A stretch of DNA of 64,000 bases from an uncultured Collinsella sp. (GCA_937989875.1 CALKBO010000028.1:1616-65615), one strand, 5' to 3'. Positions 26,393-36,473 are shown, counted from the stretch's first letter. The notes: generated from the letters alone by a model not told the origin. A program made the numbers and translations.

Positions 26393-27436
26393 TTGTTTTC
26401 TTTGATGGATATGTTCTTCGGTAGCTATGCGGGCGATCTTGCCATCGACCTCGGCACCGCAAATACGCTTGTCTCCGTGCGCGGCAAGGGCATCGTCATT
26501 CGCGAGCCTTCCGTCGTCGCCATCGACAAGAACGACGAGCGCATCCTGGCGGTCGGTATCGAGGCAAAGCGCATGCTTGGCCGTACGCCCGGCAACATCG
26601 TGGCCGTTCGTCCCCTGAAGGACGGCGTCATCGCCGACTTCGATGTTACCGAGGCCATGCTTCGCTACTTTATCGACAAGGCGTCCGAGAAGCGCTATCC
26701 GTGGACCCCGCGTCCGCGCGTTGTCGTCTGCGTTCCCTCCGGCGTCACGTCGGTCGAGAAGCGTGCCGTATTTGAGGCCACGATCCAGGCTGGCGCTCGC
26801 CAGGCCTACCTGATCGAAGAGCCCATGGCTGCCGCTATCGGCGCCGATCTGCCCGTCGAGGAACCCACCGGCTCCATGGTCATCGACATCGGCGGCGGTA
26901 CCACCGAGGTTGCCGTTATTGCTATGGGCGGCATCGTCGTCTCGCAGTCCATCCGTATTGCCGGCGACGAGTTCGATCAGGCTATCCTCACGCACGTTCG
27001 AGATGCCTACAACCTGGCCATCGGCGAGCGTACGGCAGAGGACATCAAGATCAAGGTCGGTTCCGCCGTGCCGCTCAAGGACGAGCTCGACGTCGAGGTC
27101 AACGGCCGCGACGTGATCACCGGTCTGCCCAAGACCGTACGCATCGAGAGCGAGGAGATTCGTCGCGCGCTCAACAAGCCGCTCGACGAGATGGCCAAGG
27201 CCGTCAAGGACGCACTCGACGCTACGCCTCCCGATCTTGCCTCGGACCTTATGTACTACGGCATTTTGCTGACTGGTGGCGGCGCGCTGCTGCGCGGTCT
27301 CGACGTGCGCCTGCGCGATGAGACCGGCGTTTCGGTCAACGTCAGCCCCACGGCGCTCGATAATGTCGTTAACGGCTGTGCCCGCGTGCTCGAGGCCAAT
27401 GCGTTTGATGGCGGCTTCGTCCAGACCAATGCTTAA
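26393..27436 (+). CDS. mreB: Rod shape-determining protein MreB
   Basis: DLAIDLGTANTLV and DIGGGTTEVAVI actin-fold motifs. Confidence 0.95.
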   Translation: MFSLMDMFFGSYAGDLAIDLGTANTLVSVRGKGIVIREPSVVAIDKNDERILAVGIEAKRMLGRTPGNIVAVRPLKDGVIADFDVTEAMLRYFIDKASEKRYPWTPRPRVVVCVPSGVTSVEKRAVFEATIQAGARQAYLIEEPMAAAIGADLPVEEPTGSMVIDIGGGTTEVAVIAMGGIVVSQSIRIAGDEFDQAILTHVRDAYNLAIGERTAEDIKIKVGSAVPLKDELDVEVNGRDVITGLPKTVRIESEEIRRALNKPLDEMAKAVKDALDATPPDLASDLMYYGILLTGGGALLRGLDVRLRDETGVSVNVSPTALDNVVNGCARVLEANAFDGGFVQTNA

Positions 27437-27457
27437 TTTCCAAAAGGTGGATTCCAT

Positions 27458-28456
27458 TTGGTACGATCTTCGGGTTTCTCCACAAATCTGAATACCAAGC
27501 GACAATCAACGGGTATGCGCCCGTTGATTGTTTTCAGCCTGATTTCGGTGTTGCTGCTCACGTTTTACATCCGCGAGGGCGAGGCAGGACCGATTCATGC
27601 CGTGCGTTCGGGCGTAACGACGATTACCTCGCCGGTGCGCTTTGTGGGCTCGGCTGTGGCGGCTCCCTTCAATGCGATCGGCAACGTGTTCTCTAACCTT
27701 ACGGCGTCGCAGGACACGCTTGACGAGCTTAAGAAGCAAAACGAGGAACTGACCTCTAAGGTCGCCGAGCTTTCTGAGGCTCAAAAGACTGCCGAGCGCC
27801 TGGAGGGCCTGGTCGGGCTGCAATCGACCTACAACCTCAAATCGACTGCAGCTCGTATCGTTGGTGCCTCCGGCGATGCCTGGACCTCGACCGTTGCCAT
27901 CGACAAGGGCTCTGCCGACGGCCTTACCATCAACATGCCCGTGACGAGTTCTGCCGGTGTTATCGGCCAGATTATCGAGGTATCGGCCAAGACCTCTACC
28001 GTGCGCCTGATTGGCGACGAGAACTCGGGCGTGTCCGCCATGGTGCAGGACACGCGCGCCCAGGGCATGCTGCAGGGTCAGGCTGACGGCACGCTGCGTC
28101 TTGAGTACGTGAGCGTCGACTCCGATGTTAAGGTTGGCGACATCATCGTGACCTCGGGCATCGGTGGCGTGTTCCCCAAGGGTCTACCGCTCGGCACCGT
28201 CTCGTCGGTTGAGAAATCGGCAAACGATGTGTACTACACCATTGTGGTGCGCGCCCAGACCACGGCCGAGAACAACGAGGAAGTGCTGGTCATTACCTCG
28301 CTGACCGACGAACAGTCGGCCTCGGATGAGGACGTGAGCACGGCCAACAGCACGCCGCAGGGAACGTCGCGCGATGCTGCGACCAAGATGAAGGACGAGA
28401 GCTCGGATGACAGTTCCGACACGTCCGAGACGACCGATTCCGGCTCGAACGAATAG
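27458..28456 (+). CDS. mreC: Rod shape-determining protein MreC (Ser/Asp/Thr-rich C-terminal tail)
   Basis: N-terminal TM helix, a coiled-coil (LKKQNEELTSKVAEL), a beta-barrel region (VTSGIGGVFPKGLPLG), and its position after mreB. Confidence 0.88.
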   Translation: MVRSSGFSTNLNTKRQSTGMRPLIVFSLISVLLLTFYIREGEAGPIHAVRSGVTTITSPVRFVGSAVAAPFNAIGNVFSNLTASQDTLDELKKQNEELTSKVAELSEAQKTAERLEGLVGLQSTYNLKSTAARIVGASGDAWTSTVAIDKGSADGLTINMPVTSSAGVIGQIIEVSAKTSTVRLIGDENSGVSAMVQDTRAQGMLQGQADGTLRLEYVSVDSDVKVGDIIVTSGIGGVFPKGLPLGTVSSVEKSANDVYYTIVVRAQTTAENNEEVLVITSLTDEQSASDEDVSTANSTPQGTSRDAATKMKDESSDDSSDTSETTDSGSNE

Positions 28457-28461
28457 GGGGC

Positions 28462-29034
28462 ATGTCCATGGATCTACACGAGCAGGGGATGAGCTCCCGC
28501 ACGTTTGTGATCGCCGCCATCGTGTGCGTGCTGCTGCAGGCAGGCCTGGCACCGCAGATCTCCATTGCGGGCGGTCGCGTCAACTTCATGATTATCCTGG
28601 TGTGCCTAAGCGTGTTCTCGGGCGACCCGACCCGTGCCGTCGTGTGCGGTTTTTGCAGCGGCTTGTTTTATGACCTGTCCGCTGCCGTGCCGGTGGGCGT
28701 TATGTCGCTCCTGCTGACCGTGGGTTCTTTTGCCCTGGTGCACAGCGCCGTCGGTCAGACGGGCGGTACCCCGAGTGCGCGCGGCGTCACCGTGGGCGCC
28801 TTTGCGCTCGTCATTAATGTGATCTACAGCATCATCTTGCTGTTTATGGGTTTGGAGACGAGCTTTGTCGTGGCGATCTTCGGCCATGCGCTGCCGTCCT
28901 CGATCCTGACGGGTCTGGTTGCCATTCCGTTTTTGATGTCCGGCGTCGTGCCGCAGTCCGGCTATGGATTCTCCGCACGTGGCGGACGCCAGACGGGTAT
29001 GCGCTTTAAGCCCAAGACCCGCAAGCTCAAATAG
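28462..29034 (+). CDS. mreD: Rod shape-determining protein MreD
   Basis: Small polytopic membrane protein directly after mreC. Confidence 0.75.
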   Translation: MSMDLHEQGMSSRTFVIAAIVCVLLQAGLAPQISIAGGRVNFMIILVCLSVFSGDPTRAVVCGFCSGLFYDLSAAVPVGVMSLLLTVGSFALVHSAVGQTGGTPSARGVTVGAFALVINVIYSIILLFMGLETSFVVAIFGHALPSSILTGLVAIPFLMSGVVPQSGYGFSARGGRQTGMRFKPKTRKLK

Positions 29035-29047
29035 GGGAGGCCCGTAG

Positions 29048-31117
29048 ATGTCTTCCCAGATGACGGTTATTATCGCCGGTATCGTGCTGGTTGTGGCCAT
29101 CGTGGTCGCGCTGGTCATCATGCGTCGTGGCGATTCCCGTTTTACCTACGATACGCAGCATGGAACGGCCCCGCGCGCCACCGAGGGCGAGGGCAATACC
29201 GCGGCGACCGCCTTTAAGGGCCGCTTTTCCATCCTCACCACGGGTGTGGGCGCGATGTTTGCGGCACTTGCCGTCAAGCTGTGGGGCATGCAGATGGTCT
29301 CGTCGGACTATTACGAGAAGCAGGCCAATAGTAATCAGACTCGCACCGTTACCACACCCGCTGTGCGCGGCCGCATCCTCGACCGCAATGGCGTGGCGCT
29401 TGTCCAGAACCGTCCCTCACTTGCTGTCGTGGCCTACCGCGACCTTGCCGAGGATGAGGTTCTGGTTCGCCATCTTGCCAACGTGCTTGGAATGCCTTAT
29501 GTGGCGGTCCTTCGCAATATTCAGGACAATACAGAGGGCGCTCAGAGCCTGCATACCATCGCGACGGACGTCCGTCGCTCCACGGTTGCCTATATCAAGG
29601 AACACGCCGGCGAGTTCCCGGGCGTCAAGATTGCCGAGCGTACCGAACGCCAGTATCCATACGGCGAGACGGCATGCCATATCTTGGGCTATACCGGCAC
29701 CATTACCTCCGAGCAGCTCGAGGCCCAGAATAAGAAAACCTCTGGCGATGATGATGCTTCTGCTGGCAAGATTACGTACCAGTCGGGCGATATCGTGGGC
29801 CAGGCGGGCGTTGAGAGCTACTACGAAAACCTGCTGCAGGGTATTCGTGGCGAGCAGACCGTCAAGGTCGATGCCTCGGGCAATGTGACCGGTCAGGCCG
29901 GCGCCGTGCCCGCGAAGGCCGGCTCCGACATTAAGCTCACGCTCGACCTTAAAATCCAACAGGCCTGTGAGACGGCACTGGCGAGCGCTATCGAACTTGC
30001 CAAGACCACTGGCTACAGCAATGCCGGCAACGGTGCTGTGGTGTGCCTCGATCCCAACAATGGCGAGATCCTGGGCATGGCGAGCCAGCCCAAGTTCGAT
30101 CCGTCCGTCTTTATCGGCGGCGTCTCAAATGACGTGTGGACCGAGCTCAATGATGACAAGGGTTCCCACCCGCTGCTCAACCGCGCCATTAGCGGACAGT
30201 ACATGTCGGCCTCGACCATCAAGCCGCTCTCGGCGCTGGCCGGTCTTGAGTTTGGAACCTACACGTCGGGGCAGACGACCAACTGCACGGGTTATTGGAC
30301 GGGTCTGGGCAAGTCGTGGGGCAAGTACTGCTGGCTGCATTCCGGCCACGGCACCATGACGCTGCAGTCGGGAATCGCCAACTCGTGCGACCCTGTCTTC
30401 TACGACATGGGCAAGGCGTTCTTTTATGACGAGCAACATCCCGAGGGTCTGCAGGAGGTCTTTCGTCGCTGGGGTCTAGGCAAGACCTGCGGTATCGATC
30501 TGCCGAGTGAGGGCGCGGGCCGTATTCCCGATGCCGAGTGGAAAGAGTCGTACTTCACCGACGCCTCTGCCGAGGACCGCAAGTGGAATGCCGGCGATAT
30601 GACCAACATTGCCATCGGTCAGGGCGACATCCTGGTGACGCCCCTGCAGATGGCGTGCGCCTATATGGGTCTTGCCAACGGTGGCAAACAGTACGTGCCT
30701 CATGTGTTTTTGTCTGCCGTGTCGCGCGATGGCGACGGCGATGCCTATAAGTACAACGGCAAGGGCAAGAAGAAGCGTCTGGATGCCAAGATCAACAGCG
30801 ATTCGGATTTGGCTCTAGTTCGCAACGGCATGCACGACGTGATTTACACGGCATCGACGTCCCTGGCGGCTCACTTTGGCACCCTGACGCCGCAGGTATA
30901 CGGCAAGTCGGGCACGGGCGAGAAAAGTGGCGAGGACGAATACGCGTGGTTCTGCGCCTATGCACCGGCCGATGACCCCAAGTATGTCATCGCTACTGTC
31001 CTGGAGCAGGGCGGCGGCGGCTCAGATACCGCGATGCATGTCGTGCGCGACGTGCTCGGCGTGATTTATGGCGAGCCCGATACCTCTTCGGCTTCGGGCG
31101 ATTCTTCGGTTCGATAG
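29048..31117 (+). CDS. mrdA: Penicillin-binding protein 2 (elongation transpeptidase)
   Basis: N-terminal anchor helix and the STIKP (SxxK), SGH (SxN-like) and KSGTGE (KTG-like) motifs. It sits between mreD and rodA. Confidence 0.9.
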   Translation: MSSQMTVIIAGIVLVVAIVVALVIMRRGDSRFTYDTQHGTAPRATEGEGNTAATAFKGRFSILTTGVGAMFAALAVKLWGMQMVSSDYYEKQANSNQTRTVTTPAVRGRILDRNGVALVQNRPSLAVVAYRDLAEDEVLVRHLANVLGMPYVAVLRNIQDNTEGAQSLHTIATDVRRSTVAYIKEHAGEFPGVKIAERTERQYPYGETACHILGYTGTITSEQLEAQNKKTSGDDDASAGKITYQSGDIVGQAGVESYYENLLQGIRGEQTVKVDASGNVTGQAGAVPAKAGSDIKLTLDLKIQQACETALASAIELAKTTGYSNAGNGAVVCLDPNNGEILGMASQPKFDPSVFIGGVSNDVWTELNDDKGSHPLLNRAISGQYMSASTIKPLSALAGLEFGTYTSGQTTNCTGYWTGLGKSWGKYCWLHSGHGTMTLQSGIANSCDPVFYDMGKAFFYDEQHPEGLQEVFRRWGLGKTCGIDLPSEGAGRIPDAEWKESYFTDASAEDRKWNAGDMTNIAIGQGDILVTPLQMACAYMGLANGGKQYVPHVFLSAVSRDGDGDAYKYNGKGKKKRLDAKINSDSDLALVRNGMHDVIYTASTSLAAHFGTLTPQVYGKSGTGEKSGEDEYAWFCAYAPADDPKYVIATVLEQGGGGSDTAMHVVRDVLGVIYGEPDTSSASGDSSVR

Positions 31118-31126
31118 GAGGTTGCG

Positions 31127-32353
31127 ATGGATTTTTCTCCGGCGGATCTGTTCCGTTCAACCAAGACCGGCTCTCGCAGCAGCCTGGACCGTGTCAACAA
31201 GCAACTTTCGGCCTCGCGCGGCACGTTTCGCCAAAAGGTGCATATCGGTGTGCTCGTGGCTACTGTGGCGCTCGTCGCCTACGGTGCCATCATTATCTGG
31301 TCGGCTTCGCAGTTTAAGGCCGATGCTTCGTTCTCACGCCATCTGCTGGGAATTGGCATCGGCACGGTGCTGGCGGTGCTGGTCTGGCGCTCCGACCTGC
31401 GCGGTATTTCCAATTTCTCGACGGCGTTGCTCGTCATCGACCTGATCGTGATCCTCTCGCCCAAGATTCCGGGTCTGTCCTATACGGGCGGTCTGGGCAT
31501 GACGGGCTGGATCAAGATTCCCGGTATCGGCTTGACATTCCAGCCGGTTGAGCTTGCCAAGCTCATCACCATCTTCTTTATTGCTACGCTTGGCTCGCAG
31601 TATAACGGTCGCATCGATACCGTTCGCGACTACGTCAAGCTCTGCGGCATGCTGTCCATTCCGTTTTTGGCCGTCGTTGCCATGGGCGACCTGGGCTCGG
31701 GCCTGGTCGTGCTTGTTTCGGGCGCCATCGTCATTTGTATGAGCGGTGCACGCCGCGAATGGGTGCTGTCGACCCTGGCCCTGCTCGTGGGCTTGGTGGC
31801 CCTCGTCCTGGCGCTCGATTCGGTCTTTGATTCGTTGCTCGGCCACGATGTGCTCATCAAGCAGTATCAGATGAACCGTCTGACGGTCTTTATCGACCCC
31901 GATAATGCCGATTCGGACGATGCCTACAACCTTCAGCAGTCGCTTATCGCCGTTGGCTCGGGCGGCTTCTTTGGTAAGGGTTTGGGCCATGCGACGCAGT
32001 CGGCCGGCGGCTTTCTGCCTGAGTTCCACACCGACTTCGTCTTTGCCTTTCTGTCCGAGACCTTTGGCTTTTGCGGTTCCTTTTTGCTCCTGTGCCTCTA
32101 CGTGCTGCTGATCTTTTCGACGATTCGCGTCGCCTTTAAGTGCGAGTCGCTGTTTTTGCGTCTTTCGTGTGTGGGCATCGTTGGCATGTGGGCGTTCCAG
32201 ACCTTCGAAAACATCGGCATGTGCATCGGCATGATGCCGATTACCGGTATTCCGCTACCGTTTATTAGCTTCGGTTCGTCTTCGATGATGATCCAGCTGC
32301 TGACGGTGGGTATCGTACAATCCATATGGCGGCATCGTTCGGGCGCCGCGTAA
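31127..32353 (+). CDS. rodA: SEDS-family peptidoglycan polymerase RodA
   Basis: FtsW/RodA/SpoVE pattern (QPVELAKL, TDFVFAFLSE, MPITGIPLPFISFGSS). Confidence 0.92.
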   Translation: MDFSPADLFRSTKTGSRSSLDRVNKQLSASRGTFRQKVHIGVLVATVALVAYGAIIIWSASQFKADASFSRHLLGIGIGTVLAVLVWRSDLRGISNFSTALLVIDLIVILSPKIPGLSYTGGLGMTGWIKIPGIGLTFQPVELAKLITIFFIATLGSQYNGRIDTVRDYVKLCGMLSIPFLAVVAMGDLGSGLVVLVSGAIVICMSGARREWVLSTLALLVGLVALVLALDSVFDSLLGHDVLIKQYQMNRLTVFIDPDNADSDDAYNLQQSLIAVGSGGFFGKGLGHATQSAGGFLPEFHTDFVFAFLSETFGFCGSFLLLCLYVLLIFSTIRVAFKCESLFLRLSCVGIVGMWAFQTFENIGMCIGMMPITGIPLPFISFGSSSMMIQLLTVGIVQSIWRHRSGAA

Positions 32354-32371
32354 CCGCTGGAGGGGTTTGCT

Positions 32372-33301
32372 ATGAAAATTCCCGTAGATAAGCTGACCCG
32401 CGCTTTTAAGATGGGCGCGTCCGTTAAGAAGGATTCCGATACGCCGGTGCGCGTCTCGGTCTATCTGGATTCATCCGCCTCGCGTTTTCTGGCCGAGACG
32501 GTGCGCGACGCCTTTGTGCCGCAGACGACCTCGGGCATTGTGCGCGTCGAGCGTCTGGGGGAGGAGCGAATTGCTCCAAAGACCGATACCGATGTGGTAC
32601 TGGTGCTCTCGTGTGGTTCCGACCGCTTGGAGAGTGCCGTGCAGGAGCTCGTGATCGCCGGCGCGCCCGTGTGCGTGCTTGCCGAGTCTGCTGTGGAGGT
32701 GCCGTTTATCGAGGAGTCCACGCCCATGCTTGGCGTGGTAGCGGCAACCGATAAGACGTATCTGCTCGAGACGCTTGCCCGCTGGATTCTCGATCGCACC
32801 GACAAGGAAACGGCTTTTGCGGCGAACTTTGCCTTCATGCGCATCGCGGCCGCCAATCGTATCATCACCTCGTGCGCGCTCACCAATATGGCGACCGGTG
32901 CGCTGGTGTTTTTGCCGGGCGCCGATTATCCCGTTATGGCGCTGGCGCAGGTGGGCATGCTCTTTGAGCTCGCTGCCGTCTTTGGACGCGGCATTAAGCC
33001 TGAGCGCGGCTACGAGGTCGCGGGCGTGCTTGCCGGCGGTCTTGTGATCCGCGCTGTCACCCGCGCGCTCGTCAAGCAGACGCCGCATATTGGGTTTGCC
33101 GTCAAGGCGCTCACTGCTGCCGCGGGCACCTACGGCATGGGCCGTGCGCTTGTTTCGCTCTACGAGCGCGATGTCGACTACAGCCGTGCCAACGAGGCGG
33201 TCACTGCCACGTTCTCCCGCGTTCGCGATCTGGTGACCACGGTCGCGGGCGCTACCCGTCCTATGGCGTCCTACCAAGACGCATCCGATCTCGCTGCTTA
33301 G
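32372..33301 (+). CDS. Hypothetical protein; the C-terminal half is DUF697-like
   Basis: 309-aa ORF with a good RBS (ggagggg). The C-terminal pattern ALVFLPGADYPVMALAQVGMLFELAAVFG resembles the DUF697/YcjF-type helical region. The N-terminal half is unassigned. Confidence 0.45.
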   Translation: MKIPVDKLTRAFKMGASVKKDSDTPVRVSVYLDSSASRFLAETVRDAFVPQTTSGIVRVERLGEERIAPKTDTDVVLVLSCGSDRLESAVQELVIAGAPVCVLAESAVEVPFIEESTPMLGVVAATDKTYLLETLARWILDRTDKETAFAANFAFMRIAAANRIITSCALTNMATGALVFLPGADYPVMALAQVGMLFELAAVFGRGIKPERGYEVAGVLAGGLVIRAVTRALVKQTPHIGFAVKALTAAAGTYGMGRALVSLYERDVDYSRANEAVTATFSRVRDLVTTVAGATRPMASYQDASDLAA

Positions 33302-33311
33302 GGGTTTTCCG

Positions 33312-35189
33312 TTGCGCGTTGCATACCAAGACTGTTTTCATTTAATTGAGCCGCTGCTCGCCAAGGTCGAGAAGCCGAGCCGCTATATCGATCACGAGTG
33401 GGGCACGCTTTCCAAGGCCGATGCCGACTACCGTTGCTGCCTGATCTACCCGGATGTGTACGAGGTTGGTCTGCCCAACCAGGGTATCGCCATCCTCTAC
33501 AACATCCTTAACCAGGCCGAGGGCATCTCCTGTGAGCGTGGCTATGTGCCGTGGCCCGATATGGGTGACGCCATGCGCGAGGCGGGTATTCCGCTGCTCT
33601 CGCTCGAGGGTGCCGCGCCGGTCGCTTCGTTCGATATCGTCGGTCTGCATGTGCCGCACGAGATGGCGGTGACGAACTTCCTCGAGGCTCTCGACCTCGC
33701 TGGCATTCCGCTGTTGGCGGCCGACCGAGGTGAAGGCGACCCCATCATCATCGCCGGCGGCCCCTCGGTGTACAACCCCGAGCCGTACGCGGCCTTCTTC
33801 GATGCCATCCTCATCGGTGAGGGCGAGGAATCGCTGCTCGAGACCTGCCAGCTGCATCGCCGCCTGCGTGACGAAGGGGTCCCGCGCGCGCAGATTGTCG
33901 AGCAGCTTGCATCCATTGCCGGCAACTACGTGCCGTCGCTCTATGAGGTTCGTCACGACGAGCCCTGCTCGCCGCATGGCTACACCGTGCCGCGTGAGGG
34001 CAAGGATGCGCCGACTGTGGTCTACAAGCGCGTCGTCGAGGATTTCGGCGCCACGAATCCGCTGTCGCAGTCGTGCGTACCCTATGCGCAGCTGGTCCAC
34101 GACCGCCTGTCTATCGAGATTCTTCGCGGCTGCGCCCGCGGCTGTCGTTTTTGCCAGGCCGGCATGACGTATCGCCCGGTGCGCGAGCGCTCGGCCGACC
34201 AGATCGTCTCGTCGGTGATTCAGGGTCTGGAAAAGACCGGCTATGACGAGGTGTCGCTGACCTCGCTCTCCACGACCGACCACTCCTGCATTCGCGACGT
34301 GCTCGGCAGGCTCAACCGTCGCCTGGAGGATACGGGTATTCGCGTGTCTATTCCGTCGCAGCGCCTGGATTCGTTTGGCGTGGATATGGCCGAGTCGGTC
34401 GCCGGCGAAAAGAAGGGCGGCCTGACGTTCGCGCCCGAGGCCGGCAGCCAGCGCATGCGCGACATCATTAACAAGAACGTGACCGAGGAGGATCTGGACC
34501 GTGCGGCCAAGGCGGCCTTCGAGGCCGGCTGGAACCGCATGAAGCTCTACTTTATGATGGGTCTTCCCGGCGAGCGCGACGAGGATATCGTGGCCATCGC
34601 CAATCTGGCCGATCACGTGCTGGAGCTCGGTCGTTCCGTGGTGCCCAAGGCTCGTCGCGGCTCGATCTCGGTGTCCATCTCGGTTTCGGTCTTTATCCCC
34701 AAGGCTGCCACGCCGTTCCAGTGGTGCCCGCAGCTCGACTACGACGACGTCAAGCGTCGCCAGAAGCTGCTTGTCACGAGCGTTCGCAACCGTGCCGTCC
34801 GCGTGCATTACCACGATGCCGAGACCTCGCTCATCGAGGCCGCGCTGTCCCGCGCCGGTCGTGACATGACGCCCGTCATCATCGATGCTTGGCGCGCGGG
34901 CTCTCGCTTTGACGCTTGGGTAGAGCATTTCTCGCTCGAGAACTGGAAGGAGGCTGCTGCCAAAAACGGCATCGACCTCAATGAGCTCGTGCACCTGCCC
35001 TACGAGTTGGATTGGCGCCTGCCGTGGGAGCATGTGAGTCCCGGCTGCACGCGCGGCTTCCTCGAGCGCGAGTACCGTCGCTCGCTCGAGGGTGTCACGA
35101 CTCCCGACTGCACCCGCACGTCGTGCACCGGCTGCGGGATCTGCCCCACGCTCCACGCCAAGAATGTATTGATGGGTGATCGCGCATGA
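33312..35189 (+). CDS. Radical SAM protein, TIGR03960 family (B12-binding-like N-terminal domain)
   Basis: The CARGCRFCQAG cluster motif, 625 aa, and the partner gene immediately downstream. Confidence 0.85.
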   Translation: MRVAYQDCFHLIEPLLAKVEKPSRYIDHEWGTLSKADADYRCCLIYPDVYEVGLPNQGIAILYNILNQAEGISCERGYVPWPDMGDAMREAGIPLLSLEGAAPVASFDIVGLHVPHEMAVTNFLEALDLAGIPLLAADRGEGDPIIIAGGPSVYNPEPYAAFFDAILIGEGEESLLETCQLHRRLRDEGVPRAQIVEQLASIAGNYVPSLYEVRHDEPCSPHGYTVPREGKDAPTVVYKRVVEDFGATNPLSQSCVPYAQLVHDRLSIEILRGCARGCRFCQAGMTYRPVRERSADQIVSSVIQGLEKTGYDEVSLTSLSTTDHSCIRDVLGRLNRRLEDTGIRVSIPSQRLDSFGVDMAESVAGEKKGGLTFAPEAGSQRMRDIINKNVTEEDLDRAAKAAFEAGWNRMKLYFMMGLPGERDEDIVAIANLADHVLELGRSVVPKARRGSISVSISVSVFIPKAATPFQWCPQLDYDDVKRRQKLLVTSVRNRAVRVHYHDAETSLIEAALSRAGRDMTPVIIDAWRAGSRFDAWVEHFSLENWKEAAAKNGIDLNELVHLPYELDWRLPWEHVSPGCTRGFLEREYRRSLEGVTTPDCTRTSCTGCGICPTLHAKNVLMGDRA

Positions 35190-35998
35190 GTGAGCGCCTG
35201 ACCGACAACCCCTCGCTCTTTAGGCTTCGTGTTCGCTATGGCAAGCGCGATCGCCTTAAGTACCTGGGCCATCTCGAAGTAATCCATACCATTGAGCGCA
35301 TCGTGCGCCGTGCGGGACTTCCCTATGCCGTCACGCAGGGCTTCTCCCCGCACATGCGCGTGGGCTTCTCTTCGGCGCTACCGGTGGGTACGTCGTCGAC
35401 CTGCGAGTGGTATGACCTGTTTATGACCGAGTTCGTGACGCTCGACGAGGCGTTTGGGCGCTTGGCTGCTGCGTCTCCGGCCGATCTGGCACCCATCGAG
35501 GCGGCGTACATCGACGTGCGCACGCCGGCATTGACGGCGCAGCTCACGCGCCTGTCGTATCGCATCGACCTTCACTTGGATCCCGAGGCGCCCGTAAGCG
35601 CCGACGAGGTGCGTCGTGCGATCGACACGCTGCGCGCGGACCATGGCATCGACTACGCGCGCGGCAAAAAGAGCAAGCGCTTGGATTTGGATCACACGCT
35701 CGTGGATTATGAGCTCACGGCGGGGGAGCGCCCGGACCATTTGGTGCTCATGCTCGACACCCATGCCGACAACGAGGGCTCCATGCGTCCGGAAATTTTG
35801 CTTTCCGCTGCTGATGTTTTGTTGCAGGGCTTGACCCCGGGCGTGGATGCACCTATTGTTTCCACCGGTATGCAAGACCTCGTGACCATCTGCTCCTACG
35901 ATGTCGAGCGTCAGAATCAAGCATGCGAGGACGACGAGGGCCGACTCGTCAGCCCCATACCTGTGCGAACTTGTGGATTTGCTCCACATACTCGTTGA
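35186..35998 (+). CDS. Radical SAM-associated protein, TIGR03936/DUF2344 family
   Basis: RVRYGKRDRLKYLGHLEVIHTIERIVRRAGLPYAVTQGFSPHMRVGF is the typical family N-terminus. It has a 4-nt overlap with the upstream radical SAM gene. Confidence 0.8.
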   Translation: MSERLTDNPSLFRLRVRYGKRDRLKYLGHLEVIHTIERIVRRAGLPYAVTQGFSPHMRVGFSSALPVGTSSTCEWYDLFMTEFVTLDEAFGRLAAASPADLAPIEAAYIDVRTPALTAQLTRLSYRIDLHLDPEAPVSADEVRRAIDTLRADHGIDYARGKKSKRLDLDHTLVDYELTAGERPDHLVLMLDTHADNEGSMRPEILLSAADVLLQGLTPGVDAPIVSTGMQDLVTICSYDVERQNQACEDDEGRLVSPIPVRTCGFAPHTR

Positions 35999-36023
35999 CG
36001 GGGGTATTTTCGCCTGCTACTAT
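35995..36023 (+). promoter_or_regulatory. Candidate promoter of rplU-rpmA
   Basis: TTGACG, 17 nt, TACTAT, about 40 nt upstream of the rplU ATG. Confidence 0.4.
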
Positions 36024-36065
36024 ATTCGGCTGTTGCACTAACTGATGCATGAAGGGCAAGTAAAC

Positions 36066-36440
36066 ATGTACGCAATCGTTAACACGGGCGGCAAGCAGTA
36101 CAAGGTCGCCACCGACGATGTCATCACCGTCGAGAAGATCGAGGGCAATGAGGGCGACAAGGTCACCCTGCCGGTTATCTTCCTCAACGATGGTAAGAAG
36201 ATCGTCACCGATCCCGACAAGCTGGCCAAGGCCAAGGTTACCGCTCAGATCGTTGAGCAGTTCAAGGGTGAGAAGCAGCTGGTCTTCAAGTTCCACAAGC
36301 GTAAGCGCTATCGTCGTCTGAAGGGTCACCGTCAGCAGCTGACCAAGCTGAAGATCGTGAAGGTTCAGGCTACCTCCCGCGCCAAGAAGGCTGTCAAGGC
36401 AGAGGCTGAGGCTGTTGCCGAGGCTCCCGTCGCCGAGTAG
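36066..36440 (+). CDS. rplU: 50S ribosomal protein L21 (Lys/Ala-rich C-terminal extension)
   Basis: MYAIVNTGGKQYKV is the canonical N-terminus. Confidence 0.95.
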   Translation: MYAIVNTGGKQYKVATDDVITVEKIEGNEGDKVTLPVIFLNDGKKIVTDPDKLAKAKVTAQIVEQFKGEKQLVFKFHKRKRYRRLKGHRQQLTKLKIVKVQATSRAKKAVKAEAEAVAEAPVAE

Positions 36441-36473
36441 ATTACACTCGTAACGAAAGAGTAGGTATACACA

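Noticed and set aside
33342-35156. 604-aa minus-strand ORF over the radical SAM gene. Similar cases are 49009..50946 over ppdK, 58043..59545 over rpsB/tsf, 26381..27505 over mreB, and 62653..63945 over dxr.
   Set aside because: Same reasoning: each lies opposite a gene with clear family motifs and has a low-complexity translation.
36441-36473. Expected Prp (YsxB) protease gene between rplU and rpmA
   Set aside because: The gap is only 33 nt and L27 begins directly with MAHKKG. The absence is genuine and consistent, not a missed gene.
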